A DNA stretch of 64,000 bases, taken from Octopus sinensis (lineage: Eukaryota). A program made the position numbers and the translations under genes. Positions 1 to 13,447 of this stretch are shown here, one piece after another. Every line of letters begins with the position of its first letter. The first letter of the stretch is position 1. The stretch covers positions 36,146,001-36,210,000 of the forward strand of contig NC_043005.1 of NCBI RefSeq assembly GCF_006345805.1, written 5' to 3'. Under the pieces are notes generated by a model. The model worked only from the letters and a program-made list of their open reading frames with translations. It was not told the DNA's origin and did no database searches.

Positions 1-46
1 GTAGAGAGGCAAGTTTTGTCTAGTGAATGTTTTAAAAAAAGATGGT

Positions 47-146
47 NNNNNNNNNNNNNNNNNNNNNNNNNNNNNNNNNNNNNNNNNNNNNNNNNNNNNN
101 NNNNNNNNNNNNNNNNNNNNNNNNNNNNNNNNNNNNNNNNNNNNNN
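47..146. other. Assembly gap (100 N)
   Basis: Run of exactly 100 N, typical scaffold spacer. Confidence 0.99.
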
Positions 147-286
147 GCAGATCATGTGTGTATCTTCCACAAGAAAAGCGACACAATCGACATTTTCGGT
201 TGCATTTTAAAGCTCCAAGGAATTCACTGTCACTTGAGTATGTATGTACGTATATATGTACGTACGCATTACATAAATATGAATCT

Positions 287-452
287 AGGAGTGGTTGTGT
301 GCTAAGTAGCTTGCTTACCAACCACATGGTTCCGGGTTCAGTCCCACTGCGTGGCATCTTCGGCAAGTGCCTCCTACTATAGCCTCGGACCGACCAAAGA
401 CTTGTGAATGGATTTGGTAGACGGAAGCTGAAAGAAGCCCGTCGTATATATG

Positions 453-507
<55 letters not shown>

Positions 508-713
508 TTGTGTGTCTGTGATTGTCACCCCAACATCGTCTGACAACCGATGCTGGTGTATTTACGTCCCCGTAATTTAGCGGTTTGACAAAATAGACCG
601 ATAGTACTAGGCTTACAAAGAATAAGTCCTGGGGTCGATTTGCTCGACTAAAAAAGGCGGTGCTCCAGCATGGCGACAGTCAAATGACTGAAACAAGTAA
701 AAGAGTAAAAGAG
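287..713 (+). mobile_element. tRNA-derived SINE, family A (internal (TA)n(TG)n, tail GACTGAAACAAGTAAAAGAG), near full length
   Basis: A-box-like TGGTTGTGTGCTAAG and B-box-like GGTTCAGTCCC. The same body recurs at least 10 times in the window on both strands. Confidence 0.85.
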
Positions 714-1142
714 ATAGACAGACAGACAGATAGATAGACAGATAGATAGATAAATAGATAGACAGATAGATAAATAGACAGGTATATCAAATGTGTATTT
801 TTGCATGTTCCTACATAATTCTATAATGCCGTCTACGAATATTTCATGAGTAAAACTTGAGTCATCTGTCCCTCTGCTACGAGTTATAATACATTCAGAT
901 GTGCGTCTAAAGAATCAAAACATTGACGAGTACTGTTGGGTGATTTCAAAGTGAGGTGTATGTAACCTTTTGGATTTGTGCACATAGGTACACGACAATA
1001 CGTCGAAGCATGCTGAAATACACCGGCAAGAAGAATCCATTCCAGAATCCTCTCTTATATGAAGAATATCAGATGCAAAAATTTAATCCATTCTATAAGT
1101 TGGAACTTTATCCATATACATACACACCACACACCTATACAT

Positions 1143-1184
<42 letters not shown>

Positions 1185-1345
1185 TTGTGTTGTGTGTGTG
1201 TGTGTGTTGTGTGTGTGTGTGTGAGTGTGAGTGTGTGTGTATTTATATGCATGTAATATTTACCTTATTTGGATATTGATTTCTTTTTTTCTATCTTATT
1301 TCTGGTATTATTTGCAACCATGCATACAATATTGCAACAAACAAG

Positions 1346-1589
<244 letters not shown>

Positions 1590-1935
1590 GTCTATGCTTA
1601 TGTATGTATATATATATATATATATATATACTCATACAAAGGGAAGAAAGATATACGTACATACATACATACATACATGCATACATACACGCGCAAGCAC
1701 TCAAATCTACACAGATACATACTTGGTCTACAAGTTCACAATATACTTTAGTTATTTATATTGCATGCAATGAAATATACGTATATATGCATACATATAT
1801 ATGTTTGTATATTTATATACACATATATTCATCTATATATACATATATATTTCCATAAATGCATATATATATACATGCATACACACATGTATATATATGT
1901 ATAATACATTTACATCATGTATGCATGTATGTTTA

Positions 1936-1987
<52 letters not shown>

Positions 1988-2569
1988 CATATATGTATGT
2001 AATCCAATTGCTGTTTGTTCATGTTGATTCCGAAGAAAGATAATAATTGTGGGGAGGTGAAGAACGTTGGAAGAGAGAGGAAAAAGAGAGAGAGAGAAAG
2101 AAAGAAATGAGAAAGAGGGAGAGAGAGTGAAGAAGAGAGAGAGAGAAAGAAGGAGAGAGAGAGAGAGAGGACAGAATATTGGTTTTCCGCATAATTCGTT
2201 TCTGGTTAGGTTATCTTCAGATTTTTATTGATATTTTCACCTCTATTTTATGCTCACATCATTTCGCCGAGACTAATCTTTGCCATTCCAAGATTTCGGA
2301 ACAAATGTATGAAAACCGGAATAATTTCTTCTGTTAAATTGGAGAGGGACTGGTGTGCGTTAATTGAAGTACCGTGATCGTAATATCGATACAGAGGATG
2401 AAGCTAAGCTCATTGAGAAGCCTGAATGGAAAGCGATAGTCAACCACGGACCGTATCACGCAACCTATCTCGGAAACGAGGCTACGTTTAAATCTCGCTT
2501 ACACCCACTTACCTCTTCTTTCTACTCCTACTCCCCGACTTTGTAGAGCTACCGTCAATACAATTATCG

Positions 2570-3204
2570 TCACCATCACCTCTTCCAAAACCATCAGAAC
2601 CACCAGCACCAGCACCAGCACCAGCACCGCCGCCGTCGTCGCCGCCGCCACCACCACCACCACCACCACCAGTACCAGCACCATCAGAAACACTACCACA
2701 ACCGCCACCAACAACAACCCCTTCACTACTATGAAGGTAACTACTACCACAGTCACCATACGACGACAACGATCGTCACCATGACCATCACCACTATCAC
2801 CGTCACCATGTAAACGCTCATCACCAGCACCACCAGCACCACCACCACCACCACAATAACTACAACCATCACCATCACCACCACCATCATCACAACCACA
2901 ACTACCACAACCATTATTACTACCACCACGACTATCAACTCCTAATCTACCACCACCATCTACATCACTATCACCACCATCTACATCACCCATACCACAC
3001 TACCGCCGCCGCCGCCACCACCACCACCACCACCACTACTACTGCTGTCCACTTATTCACTCTTGCACCAACCCGAGAATATAATGGAAGAATTTTGCCG
3101 AAAAAATTGAGAATTAAGCCCTCGTTATAGCTTTTGCTTTCTTTTTAGTTGTAGCAGCAGCAGTAGTGGTAGTAGTAGTAGTAGTAGCAGTAGCAGCAGC
3201 AGTT

Positions 3205-3247
<43 letters not shown>

Positions 3248-3285
3248 CAGTAGTAGTAGCAGTATTATTATTATTGTTATTATTA

Positions 3286-3323
<38 letters not shown>

Positions 3324-3360
3324 GTTATTATTATTATTAGTAGTAGTAGTAGATGCAGCA
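2570..3360. repeat. Compound trinucleotide low-complexity tract (CAC/CAT/TAG/TAT)n
   Basis: Direct reading; source of the poly-G, poly-V and poly-L ORFs. Confidence 0.93.
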
Positions 3361-3877
3361 GTAACAGCAATAGTTTTTGTTGCTACCCAGACTTATATTG
3401 ATCTTTGTTGTTGTTGTTATAGTAGTTCATTGCATAGTAAATGCAATGATAGCTTATGCTGTCGTTTCAGTTGTAGTAGTTGTAATTGCTGATAAAAGTG
3501 ATAAGACAGAATTAATGGTTCAGTGGCTTACACCTTCACCAAAGTCTCTTGTATTCTTTATCACTTGCTCACCAGTATGTCGATGGTTCCCTTGTCCGAA
3601 GACTTGCTCAATTTCTTCGCTCACCAAGATTGATGACGTTCTGTCAAGAATTATTCTCGCTTCACATATATTTCTTTGCCTCGCGACACAAATATCTAAA
3701 CCCCAGCTTTAATATCAAGATCAGCATATACATAGGAAGCTGGTCATTTCCAGCTCTTTGGCTGTGTCGGAATCATGAATCGATCTTTCAAACATACATG
3801 TAACTTTTTATTTTATATATGTATGTATGTATAGACAATTATGCGAATCAACAAATAAAACTTCTTGGATTGATATA

Positions 3878-3878
<1 letters not shown>

Positions 3879-3954
<76 letters not shown>

Positions 3955-3978
3955 GTTATATATTCTTGGATTGATATA

Positions 3979-4066
<88 letters not shown>

Positions 4067-4081
4067 TATATATAATATATA
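3879..4081. repeat. (TA)n arrays with an internal duplicated spacer TTCTTGGATTGATATAG
   Basis: Direct reading; spacer at about 3862 and 3963. Confidence 0.9.
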
Positions 4082-4232
4082 CAAGTAAATAGAGAGAAAG
4101 CAAAGACCGAAAATTATCAGGCGATGAATATTCAAGTATAAATATACAGATATTTATAGTTTAGCAGAACAAACTTACACAGCGTACAAACGACAGAGAA
4201 AATCAAAGATGTGAAGGTATAGTTTTAGAAGC

Positions 4233-4354
4233 CCGACAGCTGTTTCTGGGGGCTCGGGGATTCATAATAATGTTGACAGATGTAGTTCAGCAGAATATGC
4301 AACCAATAATGGAAGCAAATAACCTTTGGATAAGTCGAGCCTGAGTTTTCAAGG
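4233..4354 (-). ncRNA. Degenerate hammerhead-like motif with long stem II (U3:A8 core)
   Basis: Minus strand: cc TTGAAAA ctcaGGCTCG ... CGAGCCccca GAAAC agct GTC gg. Palindromic stem III ACAGCTGT; base of stem II mismatched. Confidence 0.35.
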
Positions 4355-4414
4355 TAGAAAAAAGCTAACATTCCAGATCATGATACAGAGAATGTGATCA
4401 GCAATCTCGATAAC

Positions 4415-4570
4415 ATTAGTACCAGTTCTCAACTGGTACTTTATTTATCGACCTCAAAAGGAAGAAAGGTAAATTGAACCTCGGTGAAACATGAACTCAG
4501 AACGTAAAGATGGATGAAATGTCGCTATGCCCTTTGCCCATCGTGCTAACGATTCTTCCACCTCGACGCC
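4415..4570 (-). mobile_element. SINE family B fragment (MetaSINE-like core)
   Basis: Reverse complement of the family B head and core seen intact at 51638-51867. Confidence 0.75.
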
Positions 4571-4602
4571 ATATTTGTTCCAAATATTGAATTGCGAGCT
4601 AC

Positions 4603-4880
4603 AGCATTGTAAAAGCACTAGATTAGTTCTGATCGAGCAGATATTTGGTAAAAGGCATTCCATCTCCGACTGAATCGTCTAAAAGCACCAGCTCTGATCG
4701 AGCAGATATTTGGTAAAAGGCAACCCATCTCCGACAGCGTCGTCTAAAAGCACCAGCTCTGATCGAGCAGATATTTGGTAAAAGGCATCCCATCTCCGAC
4801 AGCATCGTCTAAAAGCACCAAGTTAGTTCTGATTGAGCAGATTTTTGGTAAATGGCAATCCATCCCCGACTACATCGTCA
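4603..4880. repeat. Minisatellite, 65-70 bp unit, about 4 copies
   Basis: CTGATCGAGCAGATATTTGGTAAAAGGC starts at 4629, 4694, 4759 and (variant) 4829. Confidence 0.92.
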
Positions 4881-5134
4881 TTGGTAAAGGCGTATTCAAT
4901 ACTACGTTATATAACACATCCTCTTCATTTTTTAAGGCAACGCTCTCATGTTACCTCGTGTTGGAAGAGACAGGATAAATGTAAGCATGACACTTAATGT
5001 GTTTATTACAAGTGGATAGTTCTTATGGTTGATAACATTTTATATATGTATCAAACGTTTATCATTTATTACGAGTGGTTAAAGCAAAATCGATGATTTG
5101 TAGCATTTAGTTACATCCCTTCATGTATCATTCA

Positions 5135-5492
5135 TCTTTTACTCGTTTTAGTCATTGGACTGTGGTCATGCTGGTGCACTGCGTTGAAAGTTTTAGTCGA
5201 AAAAAACGACTCTAGTACTTATTTGTAAGCGTGGTAAGTATTCCGTTGATATCTTTTGCCGAATCGCTCAGTTACCGGACGTAAACAAACCAGCTTCGGC
5301 TGTCAAGCGGTGGTAGGGGACAAATACACACACATACATATATTCGATAGACTTTCATACAATTTACGTCAACCAAATTCACTTACTAGGTATTAATCGC
5401 CCCGGGGTTATAGTAGAAGTCGCTTGATCAAGGTTCCGCGTGGTGGAAATGAATCGAAACCACGTGGTGAAAAAATGAGCTTCTTAACCACA
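5135..5492 (-). mobile_element. SINE family A, degenerate
   Basis: Reverse complement similarity to 287-713. Confidence 0.75.
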
Positions 5493-5998
5493 CAGTCACG
5501 CTTGCGCCTAGTTTTGTCAAAACAGACGTTCAGTTTCGCTATTTCAAAGTCGATAAAACGCATACCAGTAATATCAGTTGAGAATATACCTTTACACAGA
5601 TGCGTGACTTTGTGCAAAAAATTAGAGTATTTAGGTGTAACCAGAGCTAAAGACGTCTTTATGTTGTCTTTAGGTTTGGCTTCACATAAAGAGTTAATTA
5701 TATGCACGCACACACGTACAGGAATTGATATCTTATTAGTCAGAGCCGAGTGATGCTGTGTGTGGTTAGTGGTCACTCGAAGAGAGCTAAACTACGTTTA
5801 GCTTCACATATATAAATACAGAAAAATATTCGGAGTAAGCAATTGAAACAGAATAAAATTAAAGTCGCCATCTGTATATCAAACTATATGTAGATACACT
5901 GGTAGAAGGTATGATGGTGTGAAATTGTCTGAGATAGAATCTCTTCATAAACTTGGGTTAAAAACAATATGTATATATATACACACACACGCACACAC

Positions 5999-6029
<31 letters not shown>

Positions 6030-6040
6030 TATATATATAT

Positions 6041-6073
<33 letters not shown>

Positions 6074-6242
6074 CATATACATATATACATGTACATATAT
6101 ATATACACACATATACACACAAATATATATATATATACACACACACGCGTTTATGAATTTATGTTGCAAGATTCCTGGTGTGAAACTGTGTGTTGAAACA
6201 GATGGATTAAGCGGAACTGGAGGATACACGTGGACAGAAAGG

Positions 6243-6285
6243 GTCGCTGAAGAGGTCACTGACGTTTGACGAAAGATTTCCGGAC
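6243..6285 (+). ncRNA. Candidate minimal type I hammerhead ribozyme
   Basis: gtcg CTGAAGA g GTCA ctgacgtt TGAC GAAA gatt TC cggac. Perfect 4-bp stem II; near-palindromic stem III AGATTT; short or bulged stem I. Confidence 0.5.
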
Positions 6286-6404
6286 AATGAACATAAGATA
6301 AAGTAAGAGCAATAATAAACGAAGGAAGGAACGAATATATAGTGCGTGTGTTTATTTGGCAAAAAAAAAAGAAAGATAAACATGACTATCCCAAAATATA
6401 AGTC

Positions 6405-6762
6405 CTATTGTGCGACATCTTGGTAAGTGTCTTCTACTCTAATCTCGGGCCGACCAAAGCCTTTGTAGACAGAAACTGAACGAAGCCCGTCGTATACATA
6501 TATATATATATATATATAATATATATATATTATATATAATATATATATAGATATATATATATGAGTGTGTGTGTGTGTGCCACCATCGCTTGACAACCGA
6601 TGTTGATGTGTTTACGTCCCCGTAACTTAGTGGTTCGGTAAAAGTACCGGTAGAATAAATACTGGGCTTACAAAAAAAAATAGTCCTGGGGTCGATTTGT
6701 TCAACTAAAGGCGGTGCTCCAGCACGGCCGCAGTCAGATGACTGAAACAAATAAAAGAAAAA
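6405..6762 (+). mobile_element. SINE family A, 5'-truncated
   Basis: Matches 287-713 including the internal microsatellite and tail. Confidence 0.85.
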
Positions 6763-8006
6763 GATTATATATATATACATACACTCATACACACACTTAT
6801 ATATAATATAGCTGACTGGAATGCAAGCACAATCACACTTTGTACATACACATATGACAACATATATGTATAAACAAAGCTGCAGAAACGGAGATTCAGA
6901 GATTCGTGATATATATAGACACGAATCAGCAGGATAAAACAAGATTGAACCAAGGGAAATAACTTAAATAAACTAATGGCTCGGCAGGATATAAATCAAG
7001 AAAATAGCGAAATATTGGATAGCGTGTGGGAAAAAGGTTTGTGGACAAATAATTGCATCTTATTTGGAGAAAGAAAGCAGACACCTACGGGTAATTGTTA
7101 GTAACTCACAAGAAAAAAGTGAAAATAATTTGAAAAATAATACATTCTTATTCTTTATGAAGCATCGTTTCTTTTAACGTAGACGGTGGTAGGGTGTTTC
7201 TATCTTAATGGATGTCGTCAGTGTAGCATAGTCAACACAAAACGGTTCATCAGTAGAGTGAAAATTTTACATGAAGAGGAATAGGTTAGAAACATTTTTG
7301 GTAGGTAGTAATTTGAATAATGTTAAACAAATCTGAAGCAAGGGATTTAAACACAAATAAAACTAGAGGAAATTTGAAGATAAATCATATACATATTGAT
7401 GTATGGAATAACGAAGACGAAAAATCTTAATGAATTTATATTTGTATTTTAATTAGAGAGAGAAAAATATAAGCCTAGAAACATAGATAATCATGTAATG
7501 ATATACACAAACGAACACACACACTCTCACAGACACATGTAAACGCATGCATATGCACATGTATACATTCATACATGTAGGAAACATGCATAAGCACATA
7601 GGAACATAATATATACATATACATGCACACGTACATAAATGTACCCCACCAAAATGCATACACATTATATACATGCTTACATACCGAAATTTCACCTAGA
7701 CACAAACCCACAGATATACATTCACGCGTATTTGTATGTATATATGTATTTCTACACACGTACACATACATATTCTCCCGCAGACACAAACACTTAAATG
7801 CAAACGCACATACACATACATACATGTATATTCACAAATGTAGTCACATAAAGGCACATATACATAGATATACTCATATCACTACATACAGAAATACCAA
7901 CGCATACACATACTTACACAGAAACACACACGTACACACACTAAAAATATCACATATATATGTATATATTTACTTACACACATATATACATCTACATTCA
8001 TATATA

Positions 8007-8101
<95 letters not shown>

Positions 8102-9350
8102 TTCACGCTTGCGCTCACACGCACATATATATTTATACCACATTCTGAATATACTGTTACTGTCAGCAAGCTCTACTGGCAGACGTTAGTCAACAGAACC
8201 CTGGTAGCTAAGATGACTTACAGTTGCTAAAATGGCGTACGTTGTGTCATTGCACCATGTGGTTTAGAATTACACCAATAGCTGCACATATATCGCAATT
8301 ACAAGAATTTCTGTGGGAGCGGTTTTCCACTGAAAATACTCACTTCTTAGTAATTTTTCAAAGACATAAATATGTATTCATACGCAGCTATAGTTATCAT
8401 ACGTACGCATTTACACAACAGCGCTTATGGACACGTTTATCGCTGACTATGTATGGCTATCCGTAACTATGTACATGCATACACATCGACATATACACAT
8501 AGAGACATTCGCACACACATAAATATTGACACATTTATCGATATACATGCATAACGATAACCATACACACACCAGACATGTGCCTTGAATAAAGCCTTGG
8601 TGTATGCAGTAGGCATTAAGAAATAATGTCAACAAACGGCTTTATCCATAAGTATTGCGAGTACAGGGGGAATATTTGTAGAAATGTTAGGGCTTCAGAC
8701 ACAATGATTGGCATCGGTACTTGATTCAATTCTCTGGGCTCTGGGTTCAAATCACGCCCAGGTCAACATTGCCTTTCATCCTTTTCGTGTCGATAAAAGA
8801 GTACTAATCGAAAGTAGCGAACTGGCTGAACCGTAAAAACGCCAGGCCGGATGTCTTCCAGTATTTGTTTCGGCTTCTTGCGATGTAAGTTCAAATCTCG
8901 GCATGGACTACGTGGATGGTAGTCATAATCTTTCATCTTGTTTAATACCGCCATCTGCTATCTTGGGTACCATTAGCAGAGTCCATTCTATAACAAGCAT
9001 TCTAGTTATGCTTTCGTTGTGAAGATACCTACCGCCCTCCTTCTCACAAGTCGAAGGGGCCTGTAGTGGATCGTGGGTATTGCGTTCCCTCCGAAGTAAA
9101 AGATAAAAAAGGAACACACACACACACACACACATACACACATTCACACACACATATATAAACACATACATACATACATACTAATGTTTGATTTAACGTC
9201 AAGTTACAATAGAATTGTGCATTAAACTGGGCTGCCCAGTACATATTAAGATTGTACATACTTATATTTTAACAAGAACATTATTGAGACTCAAAACTTC
9301 GAAGTCACTATTCAGCAGATACTCTTCTTAAAGAATAATACACATACATA

Positions 9351-10429
9351 TAAGAAGGTCGGCTAAAAAGTTCACAGGCTGACAAAGACAGTCTAAAGGA
9401 ATGTGACCAAATGAATCTATTTTTCAATATAGTTCCTTTTGCGGTCCACACACTTCTTCCATCAGAGTTACACTGCTTGGATCCCATTGGCGAAGAAGTT
9501 TTCATCCTGTTGATTAAAAAAAAAATCATCAACATCAGATATGACGTCATCATCACTGCGACACTGATTCCCAGCCTAGTGTTTTTCTCATAATAGGGAA
9601 GAGATGATAGTCAGATCGGGCTAAATCAGGTGAATAAAGACAGTGATCAACCAGTTCAAATCCTGTTACGCACAGCAGCCACAGAAACCAGAGACTTGTG
9701 TGCTGAAGCATTGTCCTGATGAATAAAGACCCTTCCGTGAGTTTTCCTGGTTGTTTGATCTTGATAACCTTTCGTAACCGCCTCAGCAAGTTGGCATAGT
9801 ACTCTCTCTCTCTCCATTCCTTCTGAAGATAGTAAAAACACTGAGGCAATCAGCTTCTCTCCAGATGGTTATGGAGCAGGTGAAGAGGGGTGTTTCTATT
9901 GCATGGATTACCTCTTTGTCTCTGGCTCAAAGTATTGAACCCAAAACTCATTCTTGGCTAGGAAACGTTCAAAGAAACCAAATGGATCTGCTTGAAACTA
10001 TGTCAGATTTTCCCTTGATCTGGTTTCAGAAGACGTGGCATCCACGGAGCTGGGACATTCGACAGTTGCAGGACGTCCAGACCTGGTGTCATCTTCAAGA
10101 CTCCCTCTTCCCCTGATGAATTCAGCTGCTCACTTTTACACGGTGGATAAAACCAGAGCGACATTATCTAATGCTGCAAGCGTATCAGCATGAATGTCCT
10201 TGGGAGCTAACCCCCTTTTCTGTTGGTACTTGATAACTTTACAATGCCAAATTTTGTCTATTTTCAAGTCGCTATTATTTACATTTAGAGTTCTTTGAAC
10301 AGTCATCAGTTTACTTGGAAAGAAACAATGCAATTATTAATACGTGTTGAAATTAATACGTGCAAGATTTCACAACTCTATCATCATTCCTTCATAGTAA
10401 GCCTATGAACTTTTCAGTCCACTCTCGTA
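9351..10429 (-). mobile_element. Mariner (DD34D-type) DNA transposon, decayed, both TIRs present
   Basis: Left end TAAGAAGGTCGGCTAAAAAGTTCACAGGCTGAC resembles the reverse complement of the right end, TACGAGAGTGGACTGAAAAGTTCATAGGCTTAC. Frameshifted transposase motifs VIKY..KRGLAPKDIH, HQDNASAH and YSPDLARSDYHLFP. Confidence 0.92.
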
Positions 10430-10681
10430 CGTACGTACATATACGCATACATACATACATACATACATACATACATACATACATACATGCATACATACAT
10501 ACATACATACATACATACATACATACTGTATATATATGTATGTATGCATACATATTGTATGTAAGTATCTCTCTATATAAACATATATATATATATATAT
10601 ATACTGCATATATGTATATACATATATATATGTACATATGTGTATATATATAGATATGTGTATATATATTATATATATATA

Positions 10682-10725
<44 letters not shown>

Positions 10726-11306
10726 ACATACAGAGAGAGAGAGAGAGAGAGAGGGAAAGAGAAAGAGAGATAGGTGGAAATAGAAAGAAGGCGAGAGAGA
10801 GAGATAGAGTGGGAGAGAGAAAGAAAGAAAGAAAGAAAGAAAGGAAAAACTTTTCGATATGTCACAGTTCGAGTTAAAAAGTTTTTTATTAAATATTTTT
10901 TTCTCATATTTTCTCATTATTAAGAGCTTTTGTCATGAAGTTTACAACTTTCGTGTTTATAACTTTCATACTTTGTATACTATATTGGTTGTTTGAAGTA
11001 AGTTCAATGCTTACCATACTGCACAATATATTGCTGTTTGAAGTTCGGTCTATGGCGTGAAACTTTGTGGTTTCTGACTGGTGAGAAAATTTTTCATTCT
11101 CGAATTTTTTTTAAGTATATGTTCGAACTATGAACTTGTATTTGTTCTGTTATACACTCCATGTTATATTTTACAAGATTTTAATAACGACACTGGTATC
11201 TACTGTACGTTTGGTTTGTGTATTTTTTCCCCTGTATAATGGATTTGATTTATCTATGGGAATGAACTCACTGACAGATAGTTCTACAGAGAGAGAGAGA
11301 GAGAGG

Positions 11307-11365
<59 letters not shown>

Positions 11366-12280
11366 TAATTTTAATTGGGTACGTCATTATCATCACCGAC
11401 ACTCAGATATTTTTATTCAGAGTCCTAGGATTCGGGGCTGGTTTTCAAGTTCCCATAACGTATAAGTGACTGAGATCATAATATGCATCGCTTAATCCTT
11501 ATATACCCACGTTGCGTTTTTGCAACGCAAATCCTGTTCCTACTTGTTTAGATATGAACTCGCCGGGAAGCATCTGACCGAGCATTCGAAATGTTCAGGA
11601 GGTGGTCGACACCCGTAGCTGAGAGCTGCATAGTGTCCTTCTCTTCCAGATTGTGAAAGCTTGCCATAACGTTTAATCTAAATACAGTGAAATTTTAAGA
11701 CTTCATTTTTTATTGGACATATATGGGTTAACGAGATACCAGTCCGTCGCAACGTTACCTATTTACAGCTCGGTGGACAGGATCAACGTGAAATGCGGAG
11801 TTTTGCTTAAGACTACAACGCGTCAACTATTCTGGGAATCAGTAAAAATCACGATCTTCCGAACATTAGTGCAACACCTGAAACGTATTTCACTCATGAG
11901 ATCTATCAAAAGTTTTTTCTTAGTAGATGAGAATTTACAAGATGCTCTAATCATATCGACTACTGATATTCTGTATCTTTCGTTACCCTCACTCACAACC
12001 TCCTTGCACGTATAAGGATGTGTTTAAATTTTGTGTCATGTATACCAAAGTGCTATGTAACGTTTCTTATTTCTTCCTTTATATCTAAGAATGCAATGAT
12101 ATTGCTATGCAAATTTATGTTAGTTTTCTTGAACTAGGGATTTACAAGAGGAATTATTTCGAGATTTTCTGTCAGTCTTTCAGCCTGTCCTTCCATATTT
12201 GTCCAATGGCTATGTCAGCAACAGTACTAGGTATAGATAATGGTTTTTTTTTTTTTAAATCTTAGAATGACTTTGATTTC

Positions 12281-12715
12281 GTGTTTTCTCACATAGTATC
12301 TATGAGGAGATATTTTCCCCCGAAACTATTGCTGCAGCGAAAGGTCTTCTCACGCCCAAATTTATAGGAACGTGTTAAATATGATTGAACACAGATATAT
12401 TTAATTTAACCTTGCTTTGTGCACCACTGGTTAATCAAAAGATAAAGCTTAGTGCATGTCAGCGAATGTATTATTTGCTGATCATATATACATAAAAAAC
12501 CCAGTTATTTCAGGGCTGCGGCTGATTGGTTCGGTATTCGTAGCTGATGAAGCGTAGCAATGCAGAAACACATGCGTCCTACGATCGAATGACATCATTC
12601 ATTTCTCAGCGATGTGTTTCAACACATTTTCCATGAAAAGAAGTGTTTCCGGACACTATTTCTGCAGCGAATGGTTCTTCCCCATCCGATTGTATTCGGT
12701 CGTGTTTAATATGGT
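12281..12715 (+). repeat. Diverged direct repeat with 330-bp period flanking the hammerhead
   Basis: ACTATTgCTGCAGCGAA at 12325 and ACTATTtCTGCAGCGAA at 12655; CGTGTTaAATATG at 12371 and CGTGTTtAATATG at 12701. Confidence 0.75.
12538..12584 (+). ncRNA. Type I hammerhead ribozyme, apparently intact
   Basis: TCGTAG CTGATGA a GCGT agca ATGC a GAAAC acatgc GTC CTACGA. Perfect 6-bp stem I, 4-bp stem II with one G-U, canonical core, GUC cleavage triplet. Confidence 0.8.
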
Positions 12716-12734
12716 CATACATACCTTTTATCTT

Positions 12735-13185
12735 TTATCTTTTACTTGTTTCAGTCATTTACCTTCGGCCATGTAGGGGCACCGCCTTAAAGTGTTTTTA
12801 GTCGAAAAAAATCGACCCCAGGACTTATTTTTTTAAAGTTAGTATTTATTCTATCGGTCTATTTTGCTAAACTGTTAATTTAAGGGGACTTAAACACAGC
12901 AGCGGTTTTGAAGAAGTGGGAGGGGGAGAAACACAAACCCAAAGACACGCTTACGCACACACACAAACACACAGACACACACACACACACAGACACACAC
13001 ACACACACACACACATACACACACGCGACGTGCTTCTTCTCGTTTCCGCCTGCCAAATCCACTCACAAGGCTTTGGTCGGCCCGAAGCTAAAGCTGAAGA
13101 CACGTGCACAATATGCCACACAGTGGGACTGAACCAGGAACAATGTGGTAGAAAGCAAGCTTCTTACCTCACAGCCACGCCTTTG
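12735..13185 (-). mobile_element. SINE family A, near full length
   Basis: Reverse complement of 287-713 with internal (CA)n. Confidence 0.85.
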
Positions 13186-13375
13186 CCTTTCCTCATTAAT
13201 ATATAGAACATCGCGACCTGTTCAATGAGGCATCTGCAGATGCAGCACGAAGTTTTGTCATTGGACATTTTCCACACAGCAATTGTTTCTGAAAATTAAA
13301 TGTTGAAGTGAATCTTATGGGTTTTTTTCTTAAATGGCTAGCAAATATCTTCGAAGCTGCAATTATATATGTATA

Positions 13376-13447
<72 letters not shown>

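Noticed and set aside
2190-2225. CTGAAGA...GAAAC on the minus strand
   Set aside because: The intervening TAACCTAACCA cannot form stem II, and there is no stem I.
4603-4880. CRISPR-like periodicity
   Set aside because: Whole units repeat with no unique spacers, no cas genes, and the context is eukaryotic.
7178-7255. CTGATGA and CTGACGA...GAAAC...GTC on the minus strand
   Set aside because: Stem I pairs only one base. The region may be a decayed PLE 5' ORF, but it is too degenerate to call.
11492-11531. TTAA plus TTGCGTT/AACGCAA palindrome resembling a piggyBac end
   Set aside because: No convincing partner TIR or second TTAA target site found.
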